A stretch of DNA of 64,000 bases, taken from the NCBI GenBank assembly GCA_964016885.1, contig CAXHJY010000386.1, forward strand, positions 14,115 through 78,114, given 5' to 3'. Origin of the DNA: Eledone cirrhosa (taxonomy: Eukaryota). Shown here one piece after another: positions 24,427-37,307 of the stretch. The position numbers were made by a program, and so were the translations under genes. Position 1 is the stretch's first letter. Each line of letters starts with the position of its first letter. The notes under the pieces were generated by a model, which was given only the letters and a program-made list of their open reading frames with translations, was not told the origin of the DNA and searched no databases.

Positions 24427-24489
24427 ATTACATTTTATTATACATATTTCGGATGTACAACAGTACGTCCTCATCAGACAAAATATAAT
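24427..24489 (-). ncRNA. Candidate type I hammerhead ribozyme (best-formed in the window)
   Basis: Minus strand reads ATTATATTTTGT-CTGATGA-GGACGTAC(tgtt)GTACATCC-GAA-ATATGTAT-A-ATAAAATGTAAT: 12-bp stem I (2 G-U pairs), stem II 7 of 8 paired, near-palindromic stem III, AUA triplet. Confidence 0.72.
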
Positions 24490-24823
24490 GATACATGACA
24501 TACCCTGAGATGTTAAATGGTTAAGATTTAATCAAGGTAGTGATTACATAATCATCGAATATTGTTTAACAACTTAATACTTATATATATATATATATAT
24601 GACAAGTATGTATGTTTTGAAACAGCAAGCGAGTTTGAAATTAGAAACAGCTTTTGCCACATTTTTTTTTACTAAAGAAATTTTAGCCTGACATAGGAGT
24701 CTAGAACCCTCCAAGAAATAGAAAAAAATGAGTATTGACACATTTCCATTTCTTGGAGGGTTCTATGCCTCACTGACGGGCTAACATTTCTTTTGCCACA
24801 AAAATGTGGCAAAAGCTTCTGTT

Positions 24824-24905
<82 letters not shown>

Positions 24906-25112
24906 ATAATAATAAATGTGAAGACTAAAATCCAAAGAGGGGCTCGATAAGGATAAATATATATCAAATATATAAGAACCCTAGAGCAAATATTTATTAA
25001 AATAACAGATTAAAGTTTAAGCAAAGAATCGCTGCTTTCACCCTCAATGGGAACTTCAGAAGATCCCGTAAGGGTGAAAGCAGTGATTCTTTGCTTAAAC
25101 TTTAATCTGTTA

Positions 25113-25164
<52 letters not shown>

Positions 25165-25329
25165 GGGTTGAACAATGAAAAGAAAAAGATGAGGTCTAGG
25201 GCTTAATTAATTCAGAATATATATATGTATAAAGATACTTGCTAAAGATACCATGAGTGGGATTGAACCCTAAATTTTATGATTGTGAAATAAGGAGCTA
25301 CTTGGGCATTCAGGCAAGTTGTATCTGCT

Positions 25330-25640
25330 GTATCCAGTCGGAGAAAACTGGCAGCTGTATCATACATTACAATGTTTCAGCTCATTTTTCACACCTGATC
25401 CAAGCTTTCTTAGCAAAGAAAAGCATTTTGCTCATTTGCCAAGCTTCCTTCCCTTCCCACTCTCCAGACATGGCTCCTGCTGACTTTGAGAGCCATTCTG
25501 GGAGAAGCATTCCAGACTTACTTCGAACAATGGAAGGGTCACTGAGTTAAGCATGTGGAGGCACAAGGGGCCTATTTTGAAGGAGATTAGAAATTGAATC
25601 CCACCAAATACATGATTTTTTTTTCCAGGCCTAAGGCTGG
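25330..25640 (+). mobile_element. Decayed mariner transposase fragment
   Basis: IHYNVSAHFSHLIQAFLAKKSI...HSPDMAPADF resembles the mariner HDNAPAH...YSPDLAPCDF motifs. Confidence 0.75.
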
Positions 25641-25744
25641 ATACTTTTTTTTTATAGACCTTGCATCTTAAAATGAGCTTAATCAATAGAAGCAAACAAC
25701 ACAGACACACATGAACTGTTACTTTGTAATCACATATGTGGCTT

Positions 25745-25776
25745 TCTCTCTCCCCCCTCTCTCTCTCTCTCTCTCG

Positions 25777-25826
<50 letters not shown>

Positions 25827-25877
25827 ATGTATGTATATATATGTGTGTATGTATGTATATATATGTGTGTACGTATG

Positions 25878-25920
<43 letters not shown>

Positions 25921-25935
25921 ATATATATATATATA

Positions 25936-25974
<39 letters not shown>

Positions 25975-26365
25975 TTGTATATATATATATATATGTGTGT
26001 GTATATATATATATATATGTGTGTGTATATATATATATATATATATGTGTGTGTATATATATATATATGTGTGTGTATATATATATATATATGTGTGTGT
26101 ATATATATATATGTGTGTGTATATATATATATGTGTATGTATATATATATGTGTATGTATATATATATATGTGTATGTATATATATATATGTGTATGTAT
26201 ATATATATATGTGTATGTATATATATATATGTGTATGTATATATATATATATATGTGTGTATGTATATATATATGTGTATGTATGTATGTATGTGTATAT
26301 ATATATATATATGTGTATGTATGTATATATATATGTGTATGTGTATATATATATATATGTGCATG

Positions 26366-26396
<31 letters not shown>

Positions 26397-26780
26397 ATAT
26401 ATATATATATGTGTATATATATATATATATGTGTGTAGTTATGTATATATATATATATATATATATGTGTGTATGTATATATATATATATATATGTGTGT
26501 AGGTATGTATGTATATATATATATATATATGTGTGTAGGTATGTATATATATATATATATATATGTGTAGGTATGTGTATATATATATATATGTATATAT
26601 ATATGTGTGTATGTATATATATATGTATATATATATATATGTGAATGTATATATATATATATATGTATATATATGTATATATGTGTATATATATATATAT
26701 ATGTATATGTATATATATATGTGTATATATATATGTATATGTATATGTATATATATATATGTATATGTATATATGTATAT

Positions 26781-26812
<32 letters not shown>

Positions 26813-26828
26813 GTATATATGTATATGT

Positions 26829-26861
<33 letters not shown>

Positions 26862-26872
26862 TATATATATGT

Positions 26873-26906
<34 letters not shown>

Positions 26907-26922
26907 ATATATACATATACAT

Positions 26923-27010
<88 letters not shown>

Positions 27011-27026
27011 ATATATACATATATAC

Positions 27027-27058
<32 letters not shown>

Positions 27059-27249
27059 ATATACATATATATATATACATATACATATATATACATATAT
27101 ATATATGCATATACATATATATATATATACATATACATATATATACATATATATATATGCATATACATATATATATATATACATATATATACATATGTAT
27201 ATATATATGTATATATGTATATGTATATATGTATATGTATATATATGTA

Positions 27250-27306
<57 letters not shown>

Positions 27307-27365
27307 ATACATATACACACTCACACTCACACACACTATTTATATATACATACACACACATATAT
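25745..27365. repeat. Long compound (TA)n/(TG)n/(CA)n microsatellite
   Basis: Direct reading. Interruptions switch from G-type to C-type near 26890, making it roughly self-complementary. Confidence 0.95.
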
Positions 27366-27809
27366 CCACACATTCATTTTTCTTTTTTTCTTCTGTTATT
27401 GTCGTGCATGTTATATGCGATAACTGAAAAGGTTTGTACCAGGACAGGTATCCAACCATGAACTATTGCCTCAAACAGGAGCCCATAATGAATATGATTG
27501 AAACTGAGATGGGGCTTGCAAGGCTAACCCTTGCTTTATGAAGGAAAATAGCCTTAAAATGCTTATTTTATATAAATAAATCAAATAAAACAACAACAAA
27601 CTATATATATATATATATAAATAATAACAAAACAAAACGAGGTAATCACCTTACCAGACATTTTTGTGAAATAATTTATATATTAAAATGTAAAAATATA
27701 AAAAAAGTATGTTTAAGTATAAGAAAAAAATATATATATATACATATATATACCAAACATGATATCCTGATCACAACCCCAGGGCTTATTTTAAAAAAAA
27801 AAATTAAAA

Positions 27810-27960
27810 AAATATATATATTCAATGATATTAAATAAATGGAAACTATATTTATAAAACCATATTTATTCTATTGTATATATTTCAAGGTTACCAAAAC
27901 TTTGGTACGCTCTCATCAGATAAAATACAAAGTTTGTTTTATAAATACTGACATAACCAG
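27810..27960 (-). mobile_element. Putative pseudo-LTR of the Penelope-like element, with a degenerate hammerhead
   Basis: Minus strand tattttatCTGATGAgagcgtaccaa...ttggtaaccttGAAAtatata; lies 3' of the PLE ORF; solo copy at 42195-42330 (+). Confidence 0.65.
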
Positions 27961-28949
27961 GAAAGAATAAGCTTGAGGTATAGGGCTAAAAAAAACGTAG
28001 GAATGGTGGAATATGATTCCAGAATTTAAAAATTATTTAGCTATATTATGAGTTATAATATTGTATATATAATCAATTAGATTATATGAAGAATTATGGT
28101 TGTAAGTACATTTTATCTTATTACATTACAACAGGTTGTAAGTATATAAATATCTATATAGATTAATAATTGTGCATGTATAAGTATTATTGTTGATTTT
28201 ATAAAAATAGAAATAAATCACAATTATTAATTCTTTACATTTCTCATATGAGTTACGAAGGATGTTGATTTTGCATTTTACATTAAAAAAAAACACGTAG
28301 TTCAAGTTGTAAGAGGAGAACAATTTGTAGATTCAAATATTTTGTTCCAACATTGAAAATGTTTTCAGAATATTGTTAATTTAGCAAAGTTATATAGTTT
28401 ATCATACATATTATAATGTTTGTTTGCTCAATTGAAAAGGAAAAGATAACTCCAATCTTGTTTGCTAACCGTTAAATTTGATGAATGATTTACTCAGAAA
28501 ATATGTAGAGAAAATTAAATATTATTTTATGTGAGATTAATTTTTCCAAAGATGAAAGTTTCAATTATATATTATTTTAGTCAAAAGATGTGTGAAAAGT
28601 TTGAAGATCAAAGAAGAAAAAAAAAAGTATTGTGCATTTCGAAGAACTATCGTAAAGAGGATAACTTTCAGAATGTCAATTAAAGATTATCAATCTACAT
28701 CTAAAAAATAGATTTAGAGGAGTATTATTAAGAAAATAATGTCAAATAGTAAAAATATTAAAATTAAGAAGGAAGATCATTTAAAAAAATGTTAATTTTT
28801 AAAGAAATACTCAGTAAATAATAGGATCATTTTAAAGGTGTATAACTATAGTCAAGTGTAATGAATATCATAAATTAAAAATACTTCTGAAAGTGGAATT
28901 TTGGCGATGTCTGCAACTAGAAAATAATTCTGTTTTAAGATTAATAGAG

Positions 28950-30935
28950 TTTTGACAGTTAATTATATAAAAATCTCCTCGATACACAAGTGACAGATTC
29001 TTGAGAAAGCCATATTTCAGTATGCAGGTGCTTTCAAAATCGTTCCCCAAGATATTGAATTAGTCTATGTTGTTGTCTTTTAAATTCCAAATTAAATGTG
29101 AAAGTGAAGTGGAAGATTTTTTATCGGACCTATTAAATGTATGTTTATGGTTGTACCAGCATTCTTTGAATTTTGTAGAAGTGGCACCAATATAGTTATA
29201 TATTTTGTCTCTAGTTTTAACTGTGCATTTATAAATTACGTTTTTGTCTAAGCAATTATTTTGTAAAGGGCAGTTTGATTTAATTCTACAGTTACATTTT
29301 CTGGAGTTGTTGTTATTAGGAACGGTACTATTATTATGAATATTGTTGTTAGAAATATTATTATTGTTATCTTGGTTTGTTTGGTTAGGGTTTAAATTTA
29401 AGTTTCTATTATTAATTCTATTTATATTTTGAGCTATGTTCATAGTAGTAGAGTAGGATAGTTTTATACTGTGTCTGTTAAAAATAGAGTGGTATCTGTG
29501 GGCTTTAGGAAAACACTTATCTAGTACTTTAAAAAATAGCTTTGCTAAAGGTGTTTTAACGCCTAATGAGAATGGGGGAGAGTACCAAATAATATTTCTA
29601 GTTCTAGTTTTTTTGTTTGGTTTACTATTTAATTTGAATTGTTTATTGTTATTATAATAAATTCTAGGATGATTTATCATGTTATTGTTATCTATGTATT
29701 TAATTTTATTCGAGTTATCCTCCTCTATGTAAAGCCTCATTGTAATATTCTGCCTTATCATCAAAAATATTTTTATTAGCAGAGATGCGTGAAATCCATT
29801 GCTGGACGCTATTGACAATAGTGTTTTTTTATATTTCTAGGATGATTAGAATTGAAACTTACGTAATTTAGATTTTCGTTAATTTTATGGAATGGATGGT
29901 AAAGATCTGAGCTAAGGTTTAAGGTTACATCTAAGTTAACGATTTTGTAATTATTCTTGATTTCTAAATTAAGGTTGTAGTTGTTGAAAAATTGTATTAT
30001 GGATTTCTTTTTCCTATTAATTTCACTATTGCTTTGGTTTTCAATTAAAAGTAACATATCATCACGATATAAACCTCCGGTCATCTCGAGCATTTTTCTA
30101 TGCAGTACATTATTAATAAATAATCCGAGGTCCATTACTTGCGCTGAGTCAGATGATCCCATAGTGATATCAAAATTGTTTTTTCTGTCGGCTCTTGTCC
30201 AGAGATGATTATTAAATTCTATTAGGGTTTTACGTGCTGTTAGAATTATATTCATTTCTTCACTAAATAGGTCTGTATGTTTAGAAGCGTAGATAAGTGC
30301 CTTATTAAGTAAGCTAGGGGTAATAGAGGAGTAGTAATTTTGAATATCCATTTGAATGAATTTTTTCTTATGTTTTAATTTTATGTTATTAAACCAATCT
30401 ATTACTTCATTAGTACCATTCCATAGTTTAAGGTGTGATTTTTCTTTAAGTAGTGGTATAATTCTATCTAATATATGTTTGCTATGTAGGGGCTCCCAAA
30501 GGAGCACTGAGTGCAATGTCAACTCTGGATGTCGGTGAGCATGTCCAGCCAACCTCATGGCAGCGATAATGAGGGACAGAGACCGCTGGAGAGAACTCGT
30601 CCATGGATCTCGGGAATTTTACCCGCCTTAGATAGATAGATATGTTTGCTAATTATGCCTAAGTCAGATTTAGATGGTGCGATAGTCTGACTGGTAGTTC
30701 AATTTCAAAATTTCTTTTGTGGTCCTTCAAGTTAATCTTCGGTTTTCTGGGTATAAAGGGTTCAGCCCTATTTTGAATGCCTAATTTATAAATAATTTCC
30801 AAAGCTTCCCTATTTAAGGTTGAAAGATCTTCATTTGATGTCATTTTGTAGTTTTTCCTGAGTTCTTTCAGTATAAGGTTATTATATTCGTCCTTTTCCA
30901 TACCATATAAATTATTTGTTTTGTCAGATTTTATT
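28950..30935 (-). mobile_element. Penelope-like retroelement (RT plus GIY-YIG), frameshifted and interrupted
   Basis: QMDIQNYYSSI, FDITMGS, GLYRDD and WYSPPFS motifs, the CNCR..CPL..NC linker and VIYKC...YIGAT (GIY-YIG), spread over ORFs 30659-30901, 29809-30558 and 29060-29818. Confidence 0.92.
30485..30639. mobile_element. Short RTE-like insertion with 5' inversion inside the Penelope RT
   Basis: 12-bp TSD ATATGTTTGCTA (30473-30484, 30640-30651). The minus part encodes RLAGHAHRHPE..VLLWEP; the plus part encodes MRDRDRWRELV..* followed by (TAGA)n. Confidence 0.85.
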
Positions 30936-31274
30936 TAATATCATTGAATATTATACTCCAGAAAACTTGAGTGCTTTGAATCAGTTATAAACATTTATAT
31001 TTGTTGAATTACCAACAAATTGAACATCCCTTTTGCTTATATACATATATATATATATATATAACATACAAAAAAACTATTTTTCCTTAAACGATATATC
31101 AGTATTCTTCTTGGTATAAGAACCACCATGAAGACTGCTACTGCTGCTAATTAAATAAAATGGGATTTGTTAAAGACATTTTTTGTTAGTGTCTCTTGTT
31201 TGTTAATTCTTTTGTTCTTTGATACAAAGCTGAATATTTTAAAAGTATTTATCATCACCATCATCATCATCAGT

Positions 31275-32190
31275 TTCACAGCACACTTAATTAGGTTTCA
31301 TGGCACACCTAATTAGATCTTATGGCACACTGAATTATGATTTTGTGGCTCACCTAATTAGATTTTGTAGCTCACCTAATTAGATTTTTTGGCTCACCTA
31401 ATTAGATTTTTTGGCTCACCTAATTAAATTTTTTGGCTCACCTAATAAAATTTTGTAACATGCCTAATTATGATTTTGTGGCTCACATAATTTGATTTTG
31501 CGGCTCACCTAATTATGATTTTGTGGCTCACCTAATAAGAATTTGTGGCTCACCTAATTATGATTTTGTGGCTCACCTAATTATGATTTTGTGGCTCACC
31601 TAATAAAATTTTGTAACATGCCTAATTATGATTTTGTGGCTCACATAATTTGATTTTGCGGCTCACCTAATTATGATTTTGTGGCTCACCTAATAAGATT
31701 TTGTGGCTCACCTAATTATGATTTTGTGGCTCACCTAATTATGATTTTGCGGCTCACCTAATTATGATTTTGTGGCTCACCTAATTATGATTTTGTGGCT
31801 CACCTAATTATGATTTTGTGGCTCACCTAATAAAATTTTGTAACATGCCTAATTACGATTTTGTGGCTCACCTAATCAGATTTTGTGGCTCACCTAATTA
31901 GATTTTGTGGCTCACCTAATTAGACATTTCACAGCATATCTATTTACATTTCGCAACTCACCTAATTAGATTATGTAACCTGCCTAATTACTTTTTCACA
32001 GCACACCTATTTAGATTTTGTGGCTCGCCTCATTAGATTTTGTAGCATGCCTAATTACTTTTTCACAGCACAGCTAGTTACATTTCACAGCACAGCTAGT
32101 TACATTTCGCAGCACACCTATTTACATTTCACAGCACACCTATTTACATTTCACAGCTCACTAATTAGGTTTGTAAGCACATCTAATTAC
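31275..32190. repeat. 22-23-bp minisatellite
   Basis: Unit ggctcacctaattatgattttgt. Confidence 0.93.
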
Positions 32191-32514
32191 AGTTAATGAT
32201 ATATCAAATTATAATTTTATGACACACTGAGATGGCAACTTCTACTATAGAGGCTCCTTTGTTGCCATAGAGATTGTTGTTGTTGTTTAACACTAAGTCA
32301 GCAAAACTATGATCAAAGGTATTCCAACTGTTATTATATTTTTTGTTTTGTTTTTATCCTATAAGCAGGGAATCTATGACATTATACAATGTCCATTTTA
32401 AAAGATAGTAGGGTGTGAGTGGAGTGAGATTTGGCTGCTATTTCTTGCAGTTCACGTGACTATATGGTGGCTCTCTGTGGATAGAGAAGCCTTGTGCCTT
32501 GTTGAGGACCAGTT

Positions 32515-33810
32515 AATACACCAAATACACTTTGTAAAGTAGTGGTGCCAGTGCTATGATAAAATGCACCCAATCCTCTCTGTAAAGTGAGTGCTGTTGT
32601 CATAACAGAACACACCCAGTATACTCTGTAAAGTGGTAGTGCTGGTGCCACAATAGAACACACCCAGTAGACTCTGTAAAGTAGTAGTGCTGGTGCCATG
32701 ACAGAATACACCCAGTACACTCTGTAAAGTGGTAGTCCTGGTGTCATGACAGAACACACCCAGTGCACTCTGTAAAGTGGTAGTGCTGGTGCCACAATAG
32801 AACACACCCAGTAGACTCTGTAAAGTAGTAGTGCTGGTGCCATGACAGAATACACCCAGTACACTCTGTAAAGTGGTAGTCCTGGTGTCATGACAGAACA
32901 CACCCAGTGCACTCTGTAAAGTGGTAGTACTGGTGCCACAATAGAACACACCCAATACACTCTGTAAAGTGGTAGTGCTGGTGCCATGACAGAACTCGCC
33001 CAATACACTCTGTAAAGTGGTAGTGCTGGTGCCATGACAGAACTCGCCCAATACACTCTGTAAAGTGGTAGTGCTGGTGCCATGACAGAACACACCCAGT
33101 GCACTCTGTAAAGTGGTAGTACTGGTGCCACAATAGAACACACCCAATACACTCTGTAAAGTGGTAGTGCTGGTGCCATGACAGAACTCGCCCAATACAC
33201 TCTGTAAAGTGGTAGTGCTGGTGCCATGACAGAACACACCCAGTGCACTCTGTAAAGTGGTAGTACTGGTGCCACAATAGAACACACCCAATACACTCTG
33301 TAAAGTGGTAGTGCTGGTGCCATGACAGAACTCGCCCAATACACTCTGTAAAGTGGTAGTGCTGGTGCCATGACAGAACTCGCCCAATACACTCTGTAAA
33401 GTGGTAGTGCTGGTGCCATGACAGAACACACCCAGTGCACTCTGTAAAGTGGTAGTACTGGTGCCACAATAGAACACACCCAATACACTCTGTAAAGTGG
33501 TAGTGCTGGTGCCATAACAGAACACACCCAGTACACTCTGTAAAGTGGTAGTACTGGTACCACAATAAAATACACTCTGTAAAATGGTAGCACTGGTGCC
33601 ATGACAAAATGCACCCTGTGCATTCTGTAAAAAGGTTGTGCTAGGGCATGATAAAATGCACTCAGTACACTCTGTAAAGTGCTTGATGTTAGGAAATGCA
33701 TCCAGTCACAGAAACCATGCTAAAATATGAAACATGAGCAAGATGTGGTTTTTCAACCAATCCAACTCATATAAAACACACATGATGATGATGATAATGA
33801 TGATACTATC
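32515..33810 (+). repeat. 48-bp minisatellite (about 23 copies) expanded within an RTE 3' UTR, followed by the RTE tail
   Basis: Unit ctctgtaaagtggtagtgctggtgccatgacagaacacacccagtaca runs into tgttaggaaatgcatccag...atgatgatg. Confidence 0.9.
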
Positions 33811-34074
33811 AATAAATCAATCATTAATAATTTCACATAACTGTAATAAACAGTCAATTATTCTGAGCCAATGAAGGAGCTGCTACATGGTTATTCAACC
33901 TGCTAGAAATAGCAGCCAAATCTTCAAATCATAGTACACTGTCCTAATGTGTAGTAACTTTAGAAAACAGTATTCCATTCTGGAACAGTACACCTCCTCA
34001 TGCTCACAAGACAACAAATAACAATAACTCCAGTATACATATAAATCAATTTCTGTTTTATTTAAGGACATTTT

Positions 34075-34292
34075 AGATGGTGTAGGGCAGAACATAGGAG
34101 AGAGACAAAAAAAAAAAATACCTGGTCACTGAGGAGGTCACAGAATGTGTGACGAAAGAGCTTTAATAATATATAAACCATCCGGTTATCCAACCAACCA
34201 ACCAACCGGAAATTTAAAATAAATTGAAGTGAAAACCAACAGGTGCATATGATTTTATTGGCAGCATGACCCTCCCAAAGTGTAACAATATA
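34075..34292 (+). mobile_element. Single arm of the hammerhead-bearing Penelope-type repeat
   Basis: ggtcaCTGAGGAggtcacagaatgtgtgacGAAAgagcttt, with flanks matching 17622-17849. Confidence 0.7.
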
Positions 34293-34609
34293 CATATATA
34301 TATATATATATATCAAAAATGAAAGTATATAATCAAATCTCAAGGGAGAGTAGAGACAGGTTGTAAATGAGTAACCAGTTTTAATAAAAGTTGGTTGATT
34401 TTCCTTCAAATACTTTTGGATATATATATATATATATATCATTATCATCACTGTTTAACATCCATTTTCCATGCTTGCATGGGTTAGATGGGTTGTCCAC
34501 ATCATGAGACAAGTCTGGCCAGTTGGCCGTGCCGTACCTTGCTTAAACAGAACTGGGATTCTTATAGCTGGATGCCCTTCATAACACCAACCACATTTAT
34601 AGATATATA

Positions 34610-34940
34610 CTAAGTGCTGTGTGCAGAGGACTTGTGAAGATTGGAAAGAAATGAAGTTTGCATGCTTCAATGGATGTGCAATAGTAATATGTGTGAACGA
34701 CAAAGCATAAACAAACTGAGAGAGAAACTAGGCTTAAGAGGAATCAGATGCAGTGTGGAGGAGAGGAGATTGCGTTGGTATGGACATAATGCATATGAAG
34801 GATGACAGCTGTATAAAAGTGTGCAGAGTGCTCAAAGTTGATGGAAGCTATGGAGTAGGAAGACCCAGGAAGAATTGGGATGAGGTGATAAAAACTGACC
34901 TTGTACAATTGCACCTCTCAAAGGTGATGACACAGATAAT
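34610..34940 (+). mobile_element. RTE ORF 3' fragment
   Basis: Homologous to about 3460-3780 (MKDDSCIK..GRPRKNWDEVIKTDL). Confidence 0.85.
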
Positions 34941-35326
34941 TATGTGAGGTAAAGTATTTACTGTGGAAAGATAATAGTAAATATAGAATAATGTAAATGC
35001 TAAAGGGTTAAGTGAAAGGAGAAACCTTAACACTAAAATGAAACTGAATGAAACATGTGAGACATAGCACAGCCTTAGACAAGTTTCTTTCTTTCATGAG
35101 ACTTATACCCAACTACCTGCCACAAAAATACAATAGTAAATATAATGTAAATGCTAAAGAGTTAAGTTATATATACATATAGATATAGGTGAAAGATAAG
35201 AAAAATATTTCACAGTTGAAGATATCCAACCAATTGGTATTAAATGAGATAAGAACACTACTCTATCATTTTCTTTGTTTCTGTGAGTGTGTGTGTGTGT
35301 ATATATATATATACATATACATACAT

Positions 35327-35359
<33 letters not shown>

Positions 35360-36178
35360 GAGAGAGAGAGGGAGTGAGAAAGATCGATAGATAGATGAGT
35401 CATCCTCATCATCACCTTTTAACATGGTTTCCACACACACACACATATATATATAGTTCAAGGAGACAACAAACAGAGGTACAAAAAGTCTTATTAGTTT
35501 CACGCATGAATCACAAGACGCAGATCTTGTGTGTGAAGGAGAAGATCACTGAAACCCTTCAACCTCTAAAGCCGAGAAAAGGTACTATGAAGACATTATT
35601 GTCCAGGAGACAGACCAGTACAATGAGAAAGACTTTAATAGACTGGAGGAAGTCTATAATTCAGACAAGATTTTACATAAGCAGTGGATGGAGACCATGC
35701 AGGCGATATATGACAAATACTATGAGGAAATGAATGGAATAAAAAATAAAAATCGTTAGAAATATGGTCTCAGGATTAGGAATTCCTTAACATGGAACTG
35801 AGGAAAGTTGAAGAACAATCATCCCAAGAAGCAGTTCTACGTGTCACAAAAGAGAAAGTTAGTTTTGAGTTCCTGCAGAAAGTCATTAATCGGGTTGCTG
35901 AGCATAAGTCACGACTTAAGAGCCAACTGTTGTCCATCCACTCTACGATTGCCACCCACAAGGAGAAGTCACTGACCACTATCTATAGTCCTAAACATGA
36001 GCTCAGATGTTGAATATTTCATCATCATCATTATCATGTCCGCTTTTCCTGATCCCCAAAATTGATGGTAAAATTGGGGATAGAGTGTTCGCTTATATTT
36101 GAGTATATACGGTGTATGTATGTATATATATATATATATGTGTGTGTATATGTATATATATATATATGTGTGTATATG

Positions 36179-36209
<31 letters not shown>

Positions 36210-36228
36210 ATATGTATTTATATATATA

Positions 36229-36266
<38 letters not shown>

Positions 36267-36480
36267 CTAGCTGAGGTACCCGGTAATTCCCGGGAAACCT
36301 TAAAATACAAATACAAAGGACACAGAACTCCAAGGTCATCGGCCATTGAGATGGGCTTTGGCAGATTCAAACCCTATTAACAGTACTACTAGTCCGCCTG
36401 GGGTCACAGCATCTGACACAAGCCAAATGCTGTCCAGTGGAATAAGAGACGAGAGACAAAACATTAATTTATAGCATGTG
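36267..36480 (-). mobile_element. Non-autonomous Helitron-like element
   Basis: Minus strand ends with the hairpin cccgggaattaccggg followed by ...gCTAG|T. Confidence 0.55.
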
Positions 36481-37307
36481 TGTGTGTATATATATAGATA
36501 TATATACACATATATATAGAAAGGACACTTAGCAGCTGTAAAAACCTAGCCAAAGCATGGTCCCATACAAGCAAGGAACGACGCAGCCAACTGTCCAGAC
36601 CTACCTCGTAACGGTACCACTCAGTTGCATGGTTCTACTACCAGCAGGGTACAGTGCGGCCAACAGGCCAGAACCTCCTCATAACGGGGACACACAGTTC
36701 TACATTGTAAATGTGGTTGCTGTTAGGAAGGACATCTAGCAGCAATAAGAACCCAGCCAAAGCATAGTTACATATGAGCAAGGTACGGCACGGTCAATTG
36801 GCCAAACTTGTCTCATAAGGGTGACCACCAAGTACCTCACTGTAAATGTGGTTGCTGTTAGGAAAGGCATCCAGCAACCAAAACACAGGCCTCACTATGA
36901 GAAACGTGATGCAGCCAACTGGCCAGCCCTACCTCATAACGAGTCCACCCAGTTCCACACTGTCAACGTGTTTGGTGTTGAGTTCAACTTTCTAACCACT
37001 AGCCTGACCTGAAAGCCTTCTAGAAGAGCTTTGAACCGTCCCATCAACACCACCAATTATTCTCAGTCTATCTGACCTTAAACCTTCCTAGTCTATCATT
37101 TTACAGAATGTTAGTATGCACATTGCACAACTGGTAGTGTGCAGTAAGCATCAGGCAACACTGCATTGCAATTACCAAACAACCAGGACTGTAACTCTGT
37201 CAAAGAAATGTATTGCAGAAAAACAAAAGATTTTTCTTTTTCTTAGGAATGGCAACCATACTGAACCCTGCCAATGCAAAGAAAACCAATAAAACCATGA
37301 ATATTCC

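Noticed and set aside
32460-33701. ORFs of 239-413 aa with 16-aa repeats
   Set aside because: Products of a 48-bp minisatellite derived from an RTE 3' UTR; open in all three frames.
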